Shown: positions 21,879 through 39,365 of the stretch, in pieces | Position numbering within the stretch: the first letter of the stretch is position 1 | How the letters are laid out: every line of letters starts with the position of its first letter | From: Phaeosaccion multiseriatum | Taxonomy: Eukaryota; Protista; Ochrophyta, other classes | Direction: 5' to 3' | Length of the DNA stretch: 64,000 nucleotides | NCBI GenBank assembly: GCA_965112735.1 | Contig: OZ218963.1 | Coordinates: 806,001-870,000, forward strand | Notes under the pieces: generated by a model | The model's input: the letters and a program-made list of their open reading frames with translations, nothing else | Database searches by the model: none | Told to the model about the DNA's origin: nothing | Position numbers and translations under genes: made by a program

Positions 21879-24583
21879 CCACCCTCCCTCCCTCCCTCAC
21901 CCGTCATCTCAACACTAGGTGATGGTTTCAAACCTCCGAGGGGCATATCCGCTGGAAATTGGCCGCCAACAGCAGCTGGAGAAGAGAAAGAAGCAGGCAG
22001 CAGCAGGAGCCATGGCGAACAAAAAGAAGCAGCAGCAGAACCCCCCCGGGGGGAACCGCCTTTTGAAGCTTGTGCGTGAGCGAGCTGGAGATGGAGAGAA
22101 TGAGGGGAGGAGGAACAATAGAAGGGAGGAGAGAGGGGAGGAGAAGGAGGAGGAGGACGAGGACGACAAGGAGGAGGAGGAGGAGGAGGAGGAGGAGGGG
22201 GGGGGGGATGAGGAGGAGAAGGAGGAGGGGGATGGGGATGGCAGTGGATGGATGGTGGGAATTGCCCAAGTTGCTGCGGCAGAGGAGGAGCTGCTCTGGG
22301 CGAGGAAGTGGGAGGAGCAGGAGAGGGAGCTAGACACCGTTCTAGCATTGAGGGAGTGGGAGGAGCAGGAGAGGGAGCTAGATACCGTTCTAGCATTGAA
22401 GGAGCGACAGCGGCTCAGGCTGAGGCGGGCTGGGAGAGGAAGGGGGCGGGAGGAGGACGAAGCGCAGGTGAGTTGAGAGGGAGGGGAGAAGAAAGAAGAG
22501 CTGCATTGTTGCTTCTCCTTTCGGTGGGTTCGTTATGGACATCGATATCACGTTCACATCGAGTTCGGTGGGTTCGTTATGGACATCGGTAGCCGTCTGG
22601 CAGCGTGCTTGGGTTTTCTCCTTTTTTCTGTTTGCTTACTTCACTCACACACACACACGCCCTAACACCCCCGCTGTTGTCCTCCTCGTCCTCCTCCTCT
22701 TACTTTCCGTCTGACCGTTTAAATGTGTCGTGTCTACTTGGGTCTTTCAGAGGAAGCTGCAGCAGCAAGGGCAGCAGCAAGGGCAGATGAAGCAAGGACA
22801 GAAGAGAGGAGATGGCAAGCCAAAGAGGAGTCGCATACCGCAGAAGCCCATGGCGCCCTGCTTATGGGATCTCTATGCCAAACCGGAATTTAAGAAGAAG
22901 ATCAAAGACCCTGCCACAAAGCTCTCGGTGAGTGAGGGAGGGAGGGGGGGGAGGGAGGCAGGTGGTGAGTGAGTGAATGAGTGACTGAGGGAGTGGAGGG
23001 AGGGAGGGAGTGAGTGGGTGTTGAGTGAGGGAGAGAGGGAGAGAAGGAGAGAAGGAGAGAAGGAGAGAAGGAGAGAAGGAGTTAGTGGGTGAGTGAGTGA
23101 GTGAGTGGGTGAGTGAGTGAGTGAGTGGGTGAGTGAGTGAGTGAGTGATTGAGTGAGTGAGTGAGTGAGTGAGTGAGTGAGTGAGTGAATGGGTGAGTGA
23201 GTGAGTGAGTGAGTGAGTGAGTGAGTGAATGAGTGAGTGAGTGAGTGAGTGAGCGAGTGAGTGAGTGAGTGAGCGAGTGAGTGAGTGAGTGAGTGAGTGA
23301 GTGAGTGAATGAGTGAGTGAGTGAGTGAGTGAGTGAATGAGTGAGTGAGTGAGTGAGTAGGTGGGTGGAGGCTCCTCAGTCAGCCCCCCTGCCAGGCAAG
23401 CTCACACAGACAGACACGCACACACACAGACACACACGCACACACATACAGACACACACATACACACACAAACACCCTCCTCCTCCTCATTCTCCTCCCC
23501 CTATCCTTCTGCAGGACGTTCCCTTCGAGGAGCCCTGTGCCCTCAATCTCAACGCTCTCAACGAAGCAGCGATACAAAAACTCGAGGCCAACAGCACCTC
23601 CTCCCCCTCCTCCTCTCTCGGGATGGTGGTGGAATATACGGAGATGCCCCGTGTGATGATTGATTACATTTACCCTCATCACTTCCAAATGGCGGCACAT
23701 ATGAAGGACCATCAAGCCTACTTGGTGGAAGCAACCACACACTACTCCAAGGTGTGTGTCTGTATGTATGGTGTCTGTGTTGTGTTGTGTCTATATGAGT
23801 ATGTCTGGCTCACCCTCTGTGCCTTGCTCCACCTCTCTCTCTCTCTCTGTCCGTCTGCTCTACCCCTCTCTCTTATGTATACGTCTGGTGTGTGCCTGTT
23901 GTCTCCAAACGAAATCCCCTCCGACTAGTTGTGTCTACATGTGTCTGTCTGTCTGCCTCTCTCTGTCTCGTACCTCTTTGCCCCATATCTCTGACGCGAC
24001 GCGCCCTTTGACTGGGTGTGTGTGTGTGTCTGTATGTGTCTGTCAGCTTCTTGACTGTGTGTGTGTGTGTCTATATGTGTCTGTGAGGCTCCCTCTCTCT
24101 CGATGCCTCCCTCTTTCAAGCGCACCCTCTGACTGAAATGCTTTGCACTAGCCTTTGCCTTTGCTCTCTGCCTTTTGCTCTGCCCCTTCCCCCTGTCTTC
24201 CCTTGTGTTGCTGATTTGCTATGCTTGGTGCTCGCCTGCTGTACCACCAACCAACAACTGCTGCGTGTGATGCACACACACACATACACGCTAACAACAA
24301 ACACACCAAAACAACGCAAATTAGCGTACGTACATCCTCACACGCATAGCTAACGCACGACCACACAAACACCCCTGAACACCAACAGGCAACGAAGGGA
24401 AAGACCCTTTCTTTGGACAAGGACAGGCCGAAAGACGCTTTCCAGCCCGGGGTGGACGCCAAATACAAGGAAGACGCTGCGAGCGCCGCCATGAAGGAAG
24501 CGGCGAGGACCACACACCTCTACGAGAGCTATGAGAAGCTCCAGGGCATGCAGAGGTGGAGGGACGGACAGCTCATCAACTAA
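17801..24583 (+). CDS. Type II membrane (Golgi-type) sulfotransferase-like P-loop protein, multi-exon; one apparent frameshift in a G-run near 18914-18923
   Basis: Basic N-terminus followed by a TM segment (CIAVFMGTCLLFMVLF). Exons approx. 17801-17959, 18602-19266, 19608-19766, 20351-20434, 20661-20741, 21342-21461, 21919-22467, 22751-22927, 23515-23751, 24389-24583. Contains a PAPS 5'-PSB-like motif GFIFHQ-TRCGSTL and a 3'-PB-like motif WVYLFREPTE-VMVS. Confidence 0.75.
19920..20345. repeat. (CCT)n trinucleotide tract ending at an intron acceptor
   Basis: About 400 nt of CCT repeats directly visible before ag|acccga at 20350. Confidence 0.95.
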
Positions 24584-24906
24584 GTTCTAGTTCGTTCGTG
24601 CTAGTCTGTTGTATGTAGAGCCTGGTGTAGAGCTGGTGCTTGTGAACTGGCGTAGCTACTGGTTTTGCGTAGCTGGTCTGGCTGTTGGGGGGGGGGGAGG
24701 GGGTATGTCGTTCCCTTCCCCGCCCATGGTGTTTACACACCGGCCCTCCAGGGGGGTACGTGAGGCAGAGGGGTGGGGGGTGGAGCAGCGTTTCTACAGA
24801 TGCGATGGTGAGACCGGGTGTGGGTGGGTGAGGGATACATAGATATGGGTGTATGGGTAGACGGACCGCCTCTGCCTCCTGCCCTCCACATTTGTCTCCC
24901 ATCTGG

Positions 24907-24946
<40 letters not shown>

Positions 24947-25246
24947 CGAGAGAGAGAGAGGGAGAGGGAGAGAGAGACATGGGAGAGAGGAGGGGGGGGG
25001 GGCAGAAGGTAGAGAGAGGGAGGGATGCAGGGAGGCAAACACAATGGGACCCTTTCATTGGTTGGACAGGCAAGAGGCCACTTTCGATGACATGCGAATG
25101 TTTGAGTTTGAGTTTCAGTATATTAGACCTCAACCCCGGCTGATATTTGGATGTTCGAGGATGTGGGATGATGTATTGGTTAAAGGTGTAATAAACTTTT
25201 AAGGAGGGAAATACAAAAGGAGGAAAAGGAGGGACCGAAGGACTAG

Positions 25247-25378
25247 CGATATAGAAATGATATCGAGTACCAAAGGAGTGGAAGGAAGGGTCAGCGATAT
25301 AGAGATCGATATCAGTACCAAAGGAGTGAACGGACATGTACCAGCGATATAGAGATCGATATCCAGTGTCGACATCAA
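25247..25378. repeat. Short degenerate tandem repeat (about 3 copies of gcgatatagagatcgatatc(agtaccaaaggagtg))
   Basis: Copies start near 25247, 25294 and 25344. Confidence 0.7.
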
Positions 25379-25889
25379 TTAAAAATGGGAGCACTGGGCC
25401 CTGGGTGCTTGTTTCGTGCGCCATGCCATAGCCATTATTCCGAGGGAGGGAGGAGTGCGTGGTGATCGCCCCCAGCCAGGCGAGGATTCTCTGGCTTCTG
25501 GCTTCTGGCTGGGCGGTAGGCCCCTCCTGGCTTCGGGCTCCTGGCCGCAGCCAGACCAGAGCTGGCTTCTCAACTTTTCCTCTCTTCCCCCTGGTGACTG
25601 GCTTCTGCTGGTCACAGCCCAGGCAGCCCCTCCCTGGCTTCTCGGCTTTTTGCCGCAGGCCGCCTCTCGCTTCAGCTTATCAGGGGGTCGGAGAAACCTC
25701 GCCTGCCCCCCCCCCCCGAGCTAGCTAGGCCGAGCGTGAATGAGGACGGAGTCCGTTTGGTTTTCAATTTGAGTTGTAATACTTTGCTGCAGTTGAGACT
25801 TAGCTTCGGCTCCAGACTGGCCTAGAAGCCTATGCTCTAGGCCGGCCATTTTTTCTCCCTAGCTAGGCCGGCGGTTCTAGGCCTAGGCC

Positions 25890-26090
25890 TCGACCTATCT
25901 GATTACTGATTACGGCCGGCGCAGCCGGCCTGATTACTAATTATGGCGCCAGCCCGAGGAAATGGCCTGCGCCAGCCGGCCTGGTTGCTGATTACAGCCG
26001 GTGACCAGCCGGCTGATTACTGATTATGCGCCAGCCGGGGGCTGATTACTGATTACGGCCGGCGCACACCGTAATCTTGTCCAGGGTCGA
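25890..26090. mobile_element. MITE-like element, copy 1 (left TIR truncated)
   Basis: Starts tcgacc, contains repeated ctgattactgatta/gccagccgg motifs, and ends gtaatcttgtccagggtcga, identical to the end of copy 2. Confidence 0.7.
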
Positions 26091-27564
26091 AGAGAGGGAG
26101 GGAGGGAGGGAGGGAGGGAGGGAGGGAGGGAGGGAGGGAGGGAGGGAGGGAGGGAGGGAGGGAGGGAGGGAGGGAGGGAGGGAGGGAGGGAGGGAGGGAG
26201 GGAGGGAGGGAGGAAGGAAGGAAGGGAGGGAGGGAGGGAGGGAGGGAGGGAGGGAGGGAGGGAGGGAGGGAGGGAGGGAGGGAGGGAGGGAGGGAGGGAG
26301 GGAGGGAGGGAGGGAGGGAGGGAGGAAGGAAGGAAGGGAGGGAGGGAGGGAGGGAGGGAGGGAGGGAGGGAGGGAGGGATGTTGGAAGGCCCCGGGATTT
26401 GGGGTTGCTGTTACCTTGTCCGTGTGTCTAGTTCTATCCTATCTGTAGGCGACAGCGCATGTCGGTCGTGCGTACGTCGTTTTACAGGGAGAGGGAGGGA
26501 GGGAGGGAGGGAGGGAGGGAGGGAGGGAGGGAGGGAGGGAGGGAGGGAGGGAGGGAGGGAGGGAGGGAGGGAGGGAGGGAGGGAGGGAGGGAGGGAGGGA
26601 GGGAGGGAGGGAGGGAGGGAGGGAGGGAGGGAGGGAGGGAGGGAGGGAGGGAGGGAGGGAGGGAGGGAGGGAGGGAGGGAGGGAGGGAGGGAGGGAGGGA
26701 GGGAGGGAGGGAGGGAGGGAGGGAGGGAGGGAGGGAGGGAGGGAGGGAGGGAGGGAGGGAGGGAGGGAGGGAGGGAGGGAGGGAGGGAGGGAGGGAGGGA
26801 GGGAGGGAGGGAGGGAGGGAGGGAGGGAGGGAGGGAGGGAGGGAGGGAGGGAGGGAGGGAGGGAGGGAGGGAGGGAGGGAGGGAGGGAGGGAGGGAGGGA
26901 GGGAGGGAGGGAGGGAGGGAGGGAGGGAGGGAGGGAGGGAGGGAGGGAGGGAGGGAGGGAGGGAGGGAGGGAGGGAGGGAGGGAGGGAGGGAGGGAGGGA
27001 GGGAGGGAGGGAGGGAGGGAGGGAGGGAGGGAGGGAGGGAGGGAGGGAGGGAGGGAGGGAGGGAGGGAGGGAGGGAGGGAGGGAGGGAGGGAGGGAGGGA
27101 GGGAGGGAGGGAGGGAGGGAGGGAGGGAGGGAGGGAGGGAGGGAGGGAGGGAGGGAGGGAGGGAGGGAGGGAGGGAGGGAGGGAGGGAGGGAGGGAGGGA
27201 GGGAGGGAGGGAGGGAGGGAGGGAGGGAGGGAGGGAGGGAGGGAGGGAGGGAGGGAGGGAGGGAGGGAGGGAGGGAGGGAGGGAGGGAGGGAGGGAGGGA
27301 GGGAGGGAGGGAGGGAGGGAGGGAGGGAGGGAGGGAGGGAGGGAGGGAGGGAGGGAGGGAGGGAGGGAGGGAGGGAGGGAGGGAGGGAGGGAGGGAGGGA
27401 GGGAGGGAGGGAGGGAGGGAGGGAGGGAGGAGGGAGGGAGGGAGGAAGGAAGGAAGGAAGGAAGGGAGGGAGGGAGGGAAGGAAGGAGGGAGGGTGGGAG
27501 GCAGGGAGGGAGGGAGGGAGGGAGGGAAGGAAGGAGGGAGGGTGGGAGGGAGGGAGGGAGGGAG
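26091..27564. repeat. (GGGA)n arrays (~290 nt and ~1080 nt) separated by ~110 nt of unique sequence
   Basis: Directly visible. Confidence 0.97.
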
Positions 27565-27785
27565 TCGACCCTGGACAAGCAAGCAAGATTATCTGATTAC
27601 TGAAATGGATGGCGCAGCCGGCCTGACTACTGATTATGACCGGCGCCAGCCGTAGACAGCCGGCCTGGTTGCTTACAGCGGGTGACCAGCCGGTCTGAGT
27701 ACTGATTATGCGCCAGCTGGGGGCTGATTGCTGATTACGGGGCCGGCCGGCGCACAACGGCGCCCGTAATCTTGTCCAGGGTCGA
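27565..27785. mobile_element. MITE-like element, copy 2 (221 bp, perfect 15-bp TIRs)
   Basis: TCGACCCTGGACAAG (27565-27579) and CTTGTCCAGGGTCGA (27771-27785); the internal sequence is colinear with 25890-26090. Confidence 0.8.
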
Positions 27786-28244
27786 TAGGCCTAGGCCGGG
27801 GGGGCTGCGCCAAAAATAGGCCTAGGTCGGAGGCCTGCGGCTCTAGGCCTAGGCCGGGGGCCTGAGGCCCCCCTAGGCCGGCCAAGTTTCGTCTCTAGGC
27901 CTACAGTCTGGAGCCCCGACTAGCGAAGTGCGAGAAAATGCGTGACATCATGTTCTGCGTGAGTAAATGCGTGACACCATTTTCTGGAGAGAATTGCGGT
28001 GTTTGCTTCAGTTGGAACTCGGTTGGAAAAAGAAAAAGGAAAGAAAAAAGAATGGCCGAAGAAACCCTTACGTAAGGACTGGCACGTATTCGGATTCGGC
28101 GTTTGGATCTCCCTGGAAAAGATCAGCTTGAAAAGATCGAAGAGGGGGGTGTGAGGAGCAATTGCCAAGCTGCCCCTCACACCTCTAACAGATCCCAAAC
28201 CAAGGGGCAACAAAAGTAAGCACGGGCTACTACTGGCGCGAACC

Positions 28245-28902
28245 ATGAGCGGGCATGGTAAAGGCGGGAACTGGTTACCTCGGCTACCCACTGCAACCAC
28301 GGACTCGGACCATCGGGACGAAAATGACCCCTACTGGCAAGCCGAGTGGGTGCGACGCTTTGGGGAGCTTCCCCAACTACCCCCTGAAGCTTGGCAAAGC
28401 CCAAGCTCTTGGAAGCAAGAGGTGCTCAGACGGGCATCATGCGGGGTTGCGAAGGACACACTTTCCTCCTTTTTCAGCGAGCGCGGTAAGGAAGGGACGA
28501 AGGAGCGGGGGTGGCCCGCGGCCCGCGGCCCGCATTTGCGAGCGAGGCTCTGCCCTTGATGTGAGGGGGGTTACTTAGTTGTGCCGGATTCCCGCGCAAT
28601 GTTGACTCCCACACTCATATCATTCTTCTCATTCTCGCTGCTGGCTTTCCTGCTCTCGTTTCCTTCTTGTCTTCCTCTCTTCTCTCCTATTCTCTCCGCA
28701 ACTTGTTCTATTCTCAACTTCTTTTTCTCCTTCCCCTGCTCGCTCCTCCCGCGCGCTTGCTGATACTTGCATCATGGCACCACCCCCCAGTGCATGTCAT
28801 GCTGTCGCGCACGATGGCCCTGGGCTACAGTGTTGAGTGCTCCATGCAGCAGCCACAGGAAGTCGTGATCATGGTGCGGGGGGAGGTGGAGGGGCCGCAG
28901 GG

Positions 28903-28942
<40 letters not shown>

Positions 28943-29849
28943 GAGGCGCAGCAGGGGGCTCCCGCTTCGTCCACCCTGCGGCCAGCCACGGACGCTGACT
29001 TGGCTCGAGTCGCCTTTCATGGCTCCGAAGTGACGATCGTGTTTCCCACGCACACCACCACCAGCGCGGTCGTAACGGGAGCGCTCTATGATGACCGTTA
29101 TGAACCGCCGAAAGAGGCGCTAATGCAAGTAAGTAGGAGTGGCCTGTGGGGGGCGGTGGCTGGTCGCGCGTTTGCGGTATGCAGTCGGTACGCACCACCA
29201 GCCAAGGCAGCAAGCAGTACAACTAAACTAGAACAAGCAAGGCGAGCAGAGCTCTCTCTCGAGCAGGCAATTTGGCGCTCGGATTGGTCCGCCTCAGCCG
29301 CCTCGCTCCAGAGTATCCGTGTATACACCTAGCTACGTAACCACCTCACGGTCTAACGGCACCCTCTGGTCTGCGGCGTTGTGTTCTTGCTTGTTGCTTC
29401 TTCAGCTCAGCAGGTTCTTCTTCCACAGTCCACGGGGCTATTTCTCGACGCAGCTACTCGGTTCTTGTGTGATTCGAGCGGCGATCCTTGCGCTACAACA
29501 GCTCGGTATGGAGACTCTTCCTGGCCACTCTGCCCTGGGTCTCGTGGCAAAGGCGATCAACGGCCATGTTGTGCTCAGTTGGGTCAAGGATGATGACCTC
29601 GCTGGCACGACAGCAGCGGCAGCACCAGCAGGAGGAGCAGGAGGAGGAGGAGGGAGAGGAGGAGGAGGAGGGGGAGGGGGAGGAGGAGGGGGAGGGGGAG
29701 GAGGGGGGGGAGGGGGGGGAGGAGCAGCAGCAGGAGGAGGGGGAGGAGGAAGAGGAGGAGGAGGAGGAGGTGGAGGAGCAGGCGCGGCAGAAGAGCCAGC
29801 AGCTGTCGCAGCAACAGAAGGGAGCAGGAGCAGAGAGGAGAGCGAGTGA
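28245..29849 (+). CDS. Hypothetical protein, possibly F-box-like; 3' exon structure uncertain
   Basis: Exon 28245-28485 (DPYWQAEWVRRFG...SWKQEVLRR, resembling the tail that follows F-box motifs) joins through a phase-1 GTAAG...CAG intron (28486-28790) to VHVMLSRTMALGYSVEC...; further open segments run to 29332 and 29849. Confidence 0.35.
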
Positions 29850-29916
29850 TCAAGTCGCTGACCCGACATTGCTTCGCGAGCTGTGCCTTTTATCCTTTTT
29901 TCTTTCTTTTTTTTAA

Positions 29917-29960
29917 CACTCGATTTGCGTAAGAATCGACCAAATCGCCCGTTTTTTAGA

Positions 29961-30000
<40 letters not shown>

Positions 30001-30202
30001 CGGCAAGGGGGAGTGCTCTTGCAGAAATAGTGACAAGTAGGGAAGGGGAAAAGCGATGAAAGCCGAAAGACTATGTGTCGGTAGGCACATATCTCAAAGA
30101 GCTGCGATGAAAAGCTGTAGCGCTTCTTCCAGCGTCATTTTGCGGAGTTCGTGCGGAAATTTTATTGGGGGCGATTTGGGCGATTCTTACGCAAATCGAG
30201 TG
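29917..30202. mobile_element. piggyBac-like MITE (286 bp) flanked by TTAA
   Basis: TTAA|CACTCGATTTGCGTAAGAATCG(a)CCAAATCGCCC ... GGGCGATTTGG(g)CGATTCTTACGCAAATCGAGTG|TTAA: 34-bp TIR with one mismatch, TTAA at 29913-29916 and 30203-30206, and an internal (TA)n tract. Confidence 0.85.
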
Positions 30203-30728
30203 TTAATTACATTGTCATCAATTAGATGGAATGTAAAGAGCAAACAGCAAACAATCAGTGCTGGCTTTGATCAGTAATTGGCAGAGAAAGAATAGGACGA
30301 CTTTTGCAGCCCGCACGCATACCCCATTTTTTTTTTGTATATATAATCTTATGTGCGATGCATGTACATATACATTGGGTGAGCGCGTCTGTGGGCGGTC
30401 GGAGCTCTTCGCTACCGCACAGCACATTGGGAGGTAGGTACTCCCTCCTCTGCTCACCGTCCCTCACATCACATCGGCACTGTAGGAGAATGGCAAGGAA
30501 TTGTCCAGTCCGGGAGGGCGCAGAATCAACCAACCGAAGTACCTGCCATCCGCAAGTAGGCAATTGCGTACGACTCTCCCTCATACACCATACTCTACCA
30601 CACGAGCTGTTGATCATGTCCGTCTCGGGCTCGTCCTCCCACTAGATGGCACTAGATGGGCATCTCGACCGTAAGTAAGCACCTACGTAACGACTCTCCC
30701 TCATATGCCTTACCAACCAACCTCCAAC

Positions 30729-36522
<5,794 letters not shown>

Positions 36523-37035
36523 GTTGGACACTGTTTTGTCGCCATTTGGGGAGCGACCTAGACTTTCTGGCTGTTTGCGTATATCTACACACAGGATCCT
36601 GGCTGGTATCAACTTTGTTCCGATGGGGAGAACTGACGCATCGGAGGGATACGACCTCGGGGACTAAGTTCCCCGGGGCGGTTACAGAGAAGAGGAGAGG
36701 AGAGGGAGAGGAGAGGAGAGGAGAGGAGAGGCGAGGAGAGGACTTTTGAACACCCCCTTCTTCTTCACTTGTTTTTAACTAACAACAATGATATGAGCCC
36801 GATACTCTAGAATGCATGACGATGACTCCACCGAGCGAAATGCTAAAGGATAAAGGCCGCCCAAAACCAAACGGCTCAAATCTACGATACTCTAGGATCC
36901 CTGACCTGCTACCTGCTGCCGCTGGCATCAGCCGGCCTGCTATCAGGCACCGCCGGTAGTAGCATGCTAGCACAGAACAGGTCGATAGCACGTCAGGGGT
37001 CGAGTACAGTACGATCCGTCGTGGCTGAGTGAAGC

Positions 37036-38332
37036 TCACGAGAAGCTGCTTGTAAGTCCCAAACTGTTCCTTTCCCTACCGCCGGGCGGATGGGGGGGCG
37101 GCTCTCCTCCTGCTAAGCCTGCCGGTAGTGGTGCCGACTCGAGACCCACTTGTGCGGTTGGCGCTGCGGCATATGCTGTCACCCCACTCACCCCACTCAC
37201 CCCGGCTGTCTCTGCTTCCCCTGCTGCTGCAGCTGCTGCGGTTGCCGCCCATGCGGCTACGCCTACTGCCCCGGCTGCTCCTGGTGCTGGAGCAGGTGGA
37301 GGAGAGGACTCCAAACCCAAGCTGGATGGGTCAGCCTGCATCGAGTCGGTTTGGGCAGCTCTGTTCCCACCAGTCAAAGGCGCCAGTGATGCCGCCGCCG
37401 CCGCTGCTGCTGCTGCTGCTGCTGCTGTATCACCAACTACTGCTGTCCCCGCTGGTGCAGGGAGGTATCCCAAGAGGGGCTGGGAAAGAACAGGGCGGGA
37501 AGGGACCATGACAGCAAGACGCATTGAAAAACGGTTTGTAGGTCGTAAGAAAGACACATACATACACAATTGAAGAAAGATCACACACAGGTGGTGCGAG
37601 AGACCCAACAAACCCCTCCCTCTTTCTCCATCTCTTTGGCGGTGAGCCCCCACAAATTGCTATTGACTCTCCGTGGCGAGGAGAACACTCCCTACCTACC
37701 CCCTTACAGAGCGCTTTTCTCACCTGCTGCTGCTGCGGCGGCGGCGGCTGTGGTTGTTGCGGCTGCTGCGGCGGGGGCTGCTGTGGCTGCTGCTGCTGCT
37801 GCTCCAAGGCTCCGATTCGGCGTGCGAACTCCTCATTCTGTTGCGACAGGAGCAGCACCTGCAGGCGAGCCGCCTCTGTCAAGGAGGCCGTGGCCTGCTC
37901 CCTGGTCCTCATCAGCTCCCCCAGAGCCTTCAGGTTGCGCTCCATGCGATCCGCTCGAAGCTCGGCCGCCGACGCCCGCACCTCCGCGGTCTGTTTGGCC
38001 TGCTCATGGCGGGCAAGGGCCTTCTGCAGCCTGGCCACAGCCTTGCCGTGATCCTCCGCCGTCTTCTGAAAATTCTGAAGATGGCCCACCATCCGCCGCT
38101 CCCCAGTCACCACGCGGGCATTCAGGCCCCCGAGGGCGGCGTTGACGTCGCCCACCTCAGCCGATACTGTGGACACAGTCGATTTTAGCTCCTCGTATTG
38201 TTGGGCTGCTGCTCCCCCCCTTCGACTTGCCTCCTCCTCCCGGTCCTCCTCCTCTCCTCTGCCTTCTTCTCGTGGTCTCTTCAACGATCCTTGTGCAGTG
38301 TTACGAGCTTCCCCCGTTTGTTCGTGCATCAT
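37036..38332 (-). CDS. Hypothetical coiled-coil protein with Gln/Ala-rich tail, probably 2 exons
   Basis: Exon 38332-37724 (heptad-rich, QYEELKSTV...RIGALEQQ) ends cag|gtgag; a phase-0 acceptor at 37480 leads into PLLGYLPAPAG...; no family recognised. Confidence 0.55.
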
Positions 38333-39365
38333 TTGTACACACAGAGTTGAAATGAAAAAGAAAAGAAGTCTTCCACACCTCTACCGCACCCTACTCCCCA
38401 CTGATCTTCCTCTTCTCCCCCGCGAATACATAATCTACTCTCGACCTGTTCTCCAGCTGCTGGGAGGGAAGGGGAGATTGTGTTATACTGATAGAGGGAA
38501 GGGGAGATGAAGAAAAAAAGAGAGGAGAAAGAACTTCACGTCCTCCTCATCCAGCAGTAGTGTCACAGATTCGTACTACTTCGATTTATTGATTAGGGAG
38601 ACACAGTACACAATATTTAATCAAAGCAGAGCAATGCTACCGCCTACTCCAACTTGGTCTGCGTGTAAGTTGTCACATTGCTGGTACGAAGATTGGGCAC
38701 ATTTCTCGCTCCACGGAGAAGGCCCTCCACGTGTGTGCTGTCTCCTGTCTATTCCCCTCCGCCGCGGAGCCCTCTTTGCCCGCATGATGCACAGCACGTA
38801 TGTGTGTGTTTGTGTGTGTGTGTGTGTATGTGTGTATGTGTGTGTGTATGTGTGTGTGTGTGCGTACATGCGTGCGTGCGTGCGTGCGTCGGTGCCGCAG
38901 GGTGTGTGAGGCGTTGACACCCGTAATTCGTGGCTTTCGTGAAGCGCCAACAAACAGAAGGTCGGCTTCTCGATGTCAGAACTATTGATCGTTCAAGGCC
39001 AACGAGCTGACATTAAACCTGAAGCAGCTCGGCTTCTCAGCCTGTGCTCAACGTGCCAATCTCGTGTGTTCGGCCGCGGCGCTCTGTTGACCTTGACGCG
39101 CCATTTGCAATTCCCGAAAGCGCTTGCACCACTATGCATCCTCCCATCGTACATGAGACGCGGACAAAGTGCTCTCCAAGCCATCCTCTCTCTTCTGTCC
39201 GTGGTACCAGTTAAAACAGGCAGCCACACACACCCGCTGCCCTACTGTACAGCCTTTCGAGCAAGCGATGCCGAGAACTTAGGTAGAGTGGCCTTGTTTT
39301 CGTCCTCTCTCGCAATGCGAAACAGTCCAAGCATCCATCAGTCAGTGGCAGTGTCAGTGTCAGTG

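Larger units (their letters stand above)
25808..27915. mobile_element. Putative non-autonomous DNA transposon (possibly hAT-like) with 12-bp terminal inverted repeats and CTAGGCC-rich subtermini, carrying nested inserts
   Basis: GGCTCCAGACTG at 25808-25819 and its reverse complement CAGTCTGGAGCC at 27904-27915, each followed inward by ggcctaga. Many ctaggcc/ggcctag motifs at 25819-25889 and 27786-27903. No clear TSD. Confidence 0.55.
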
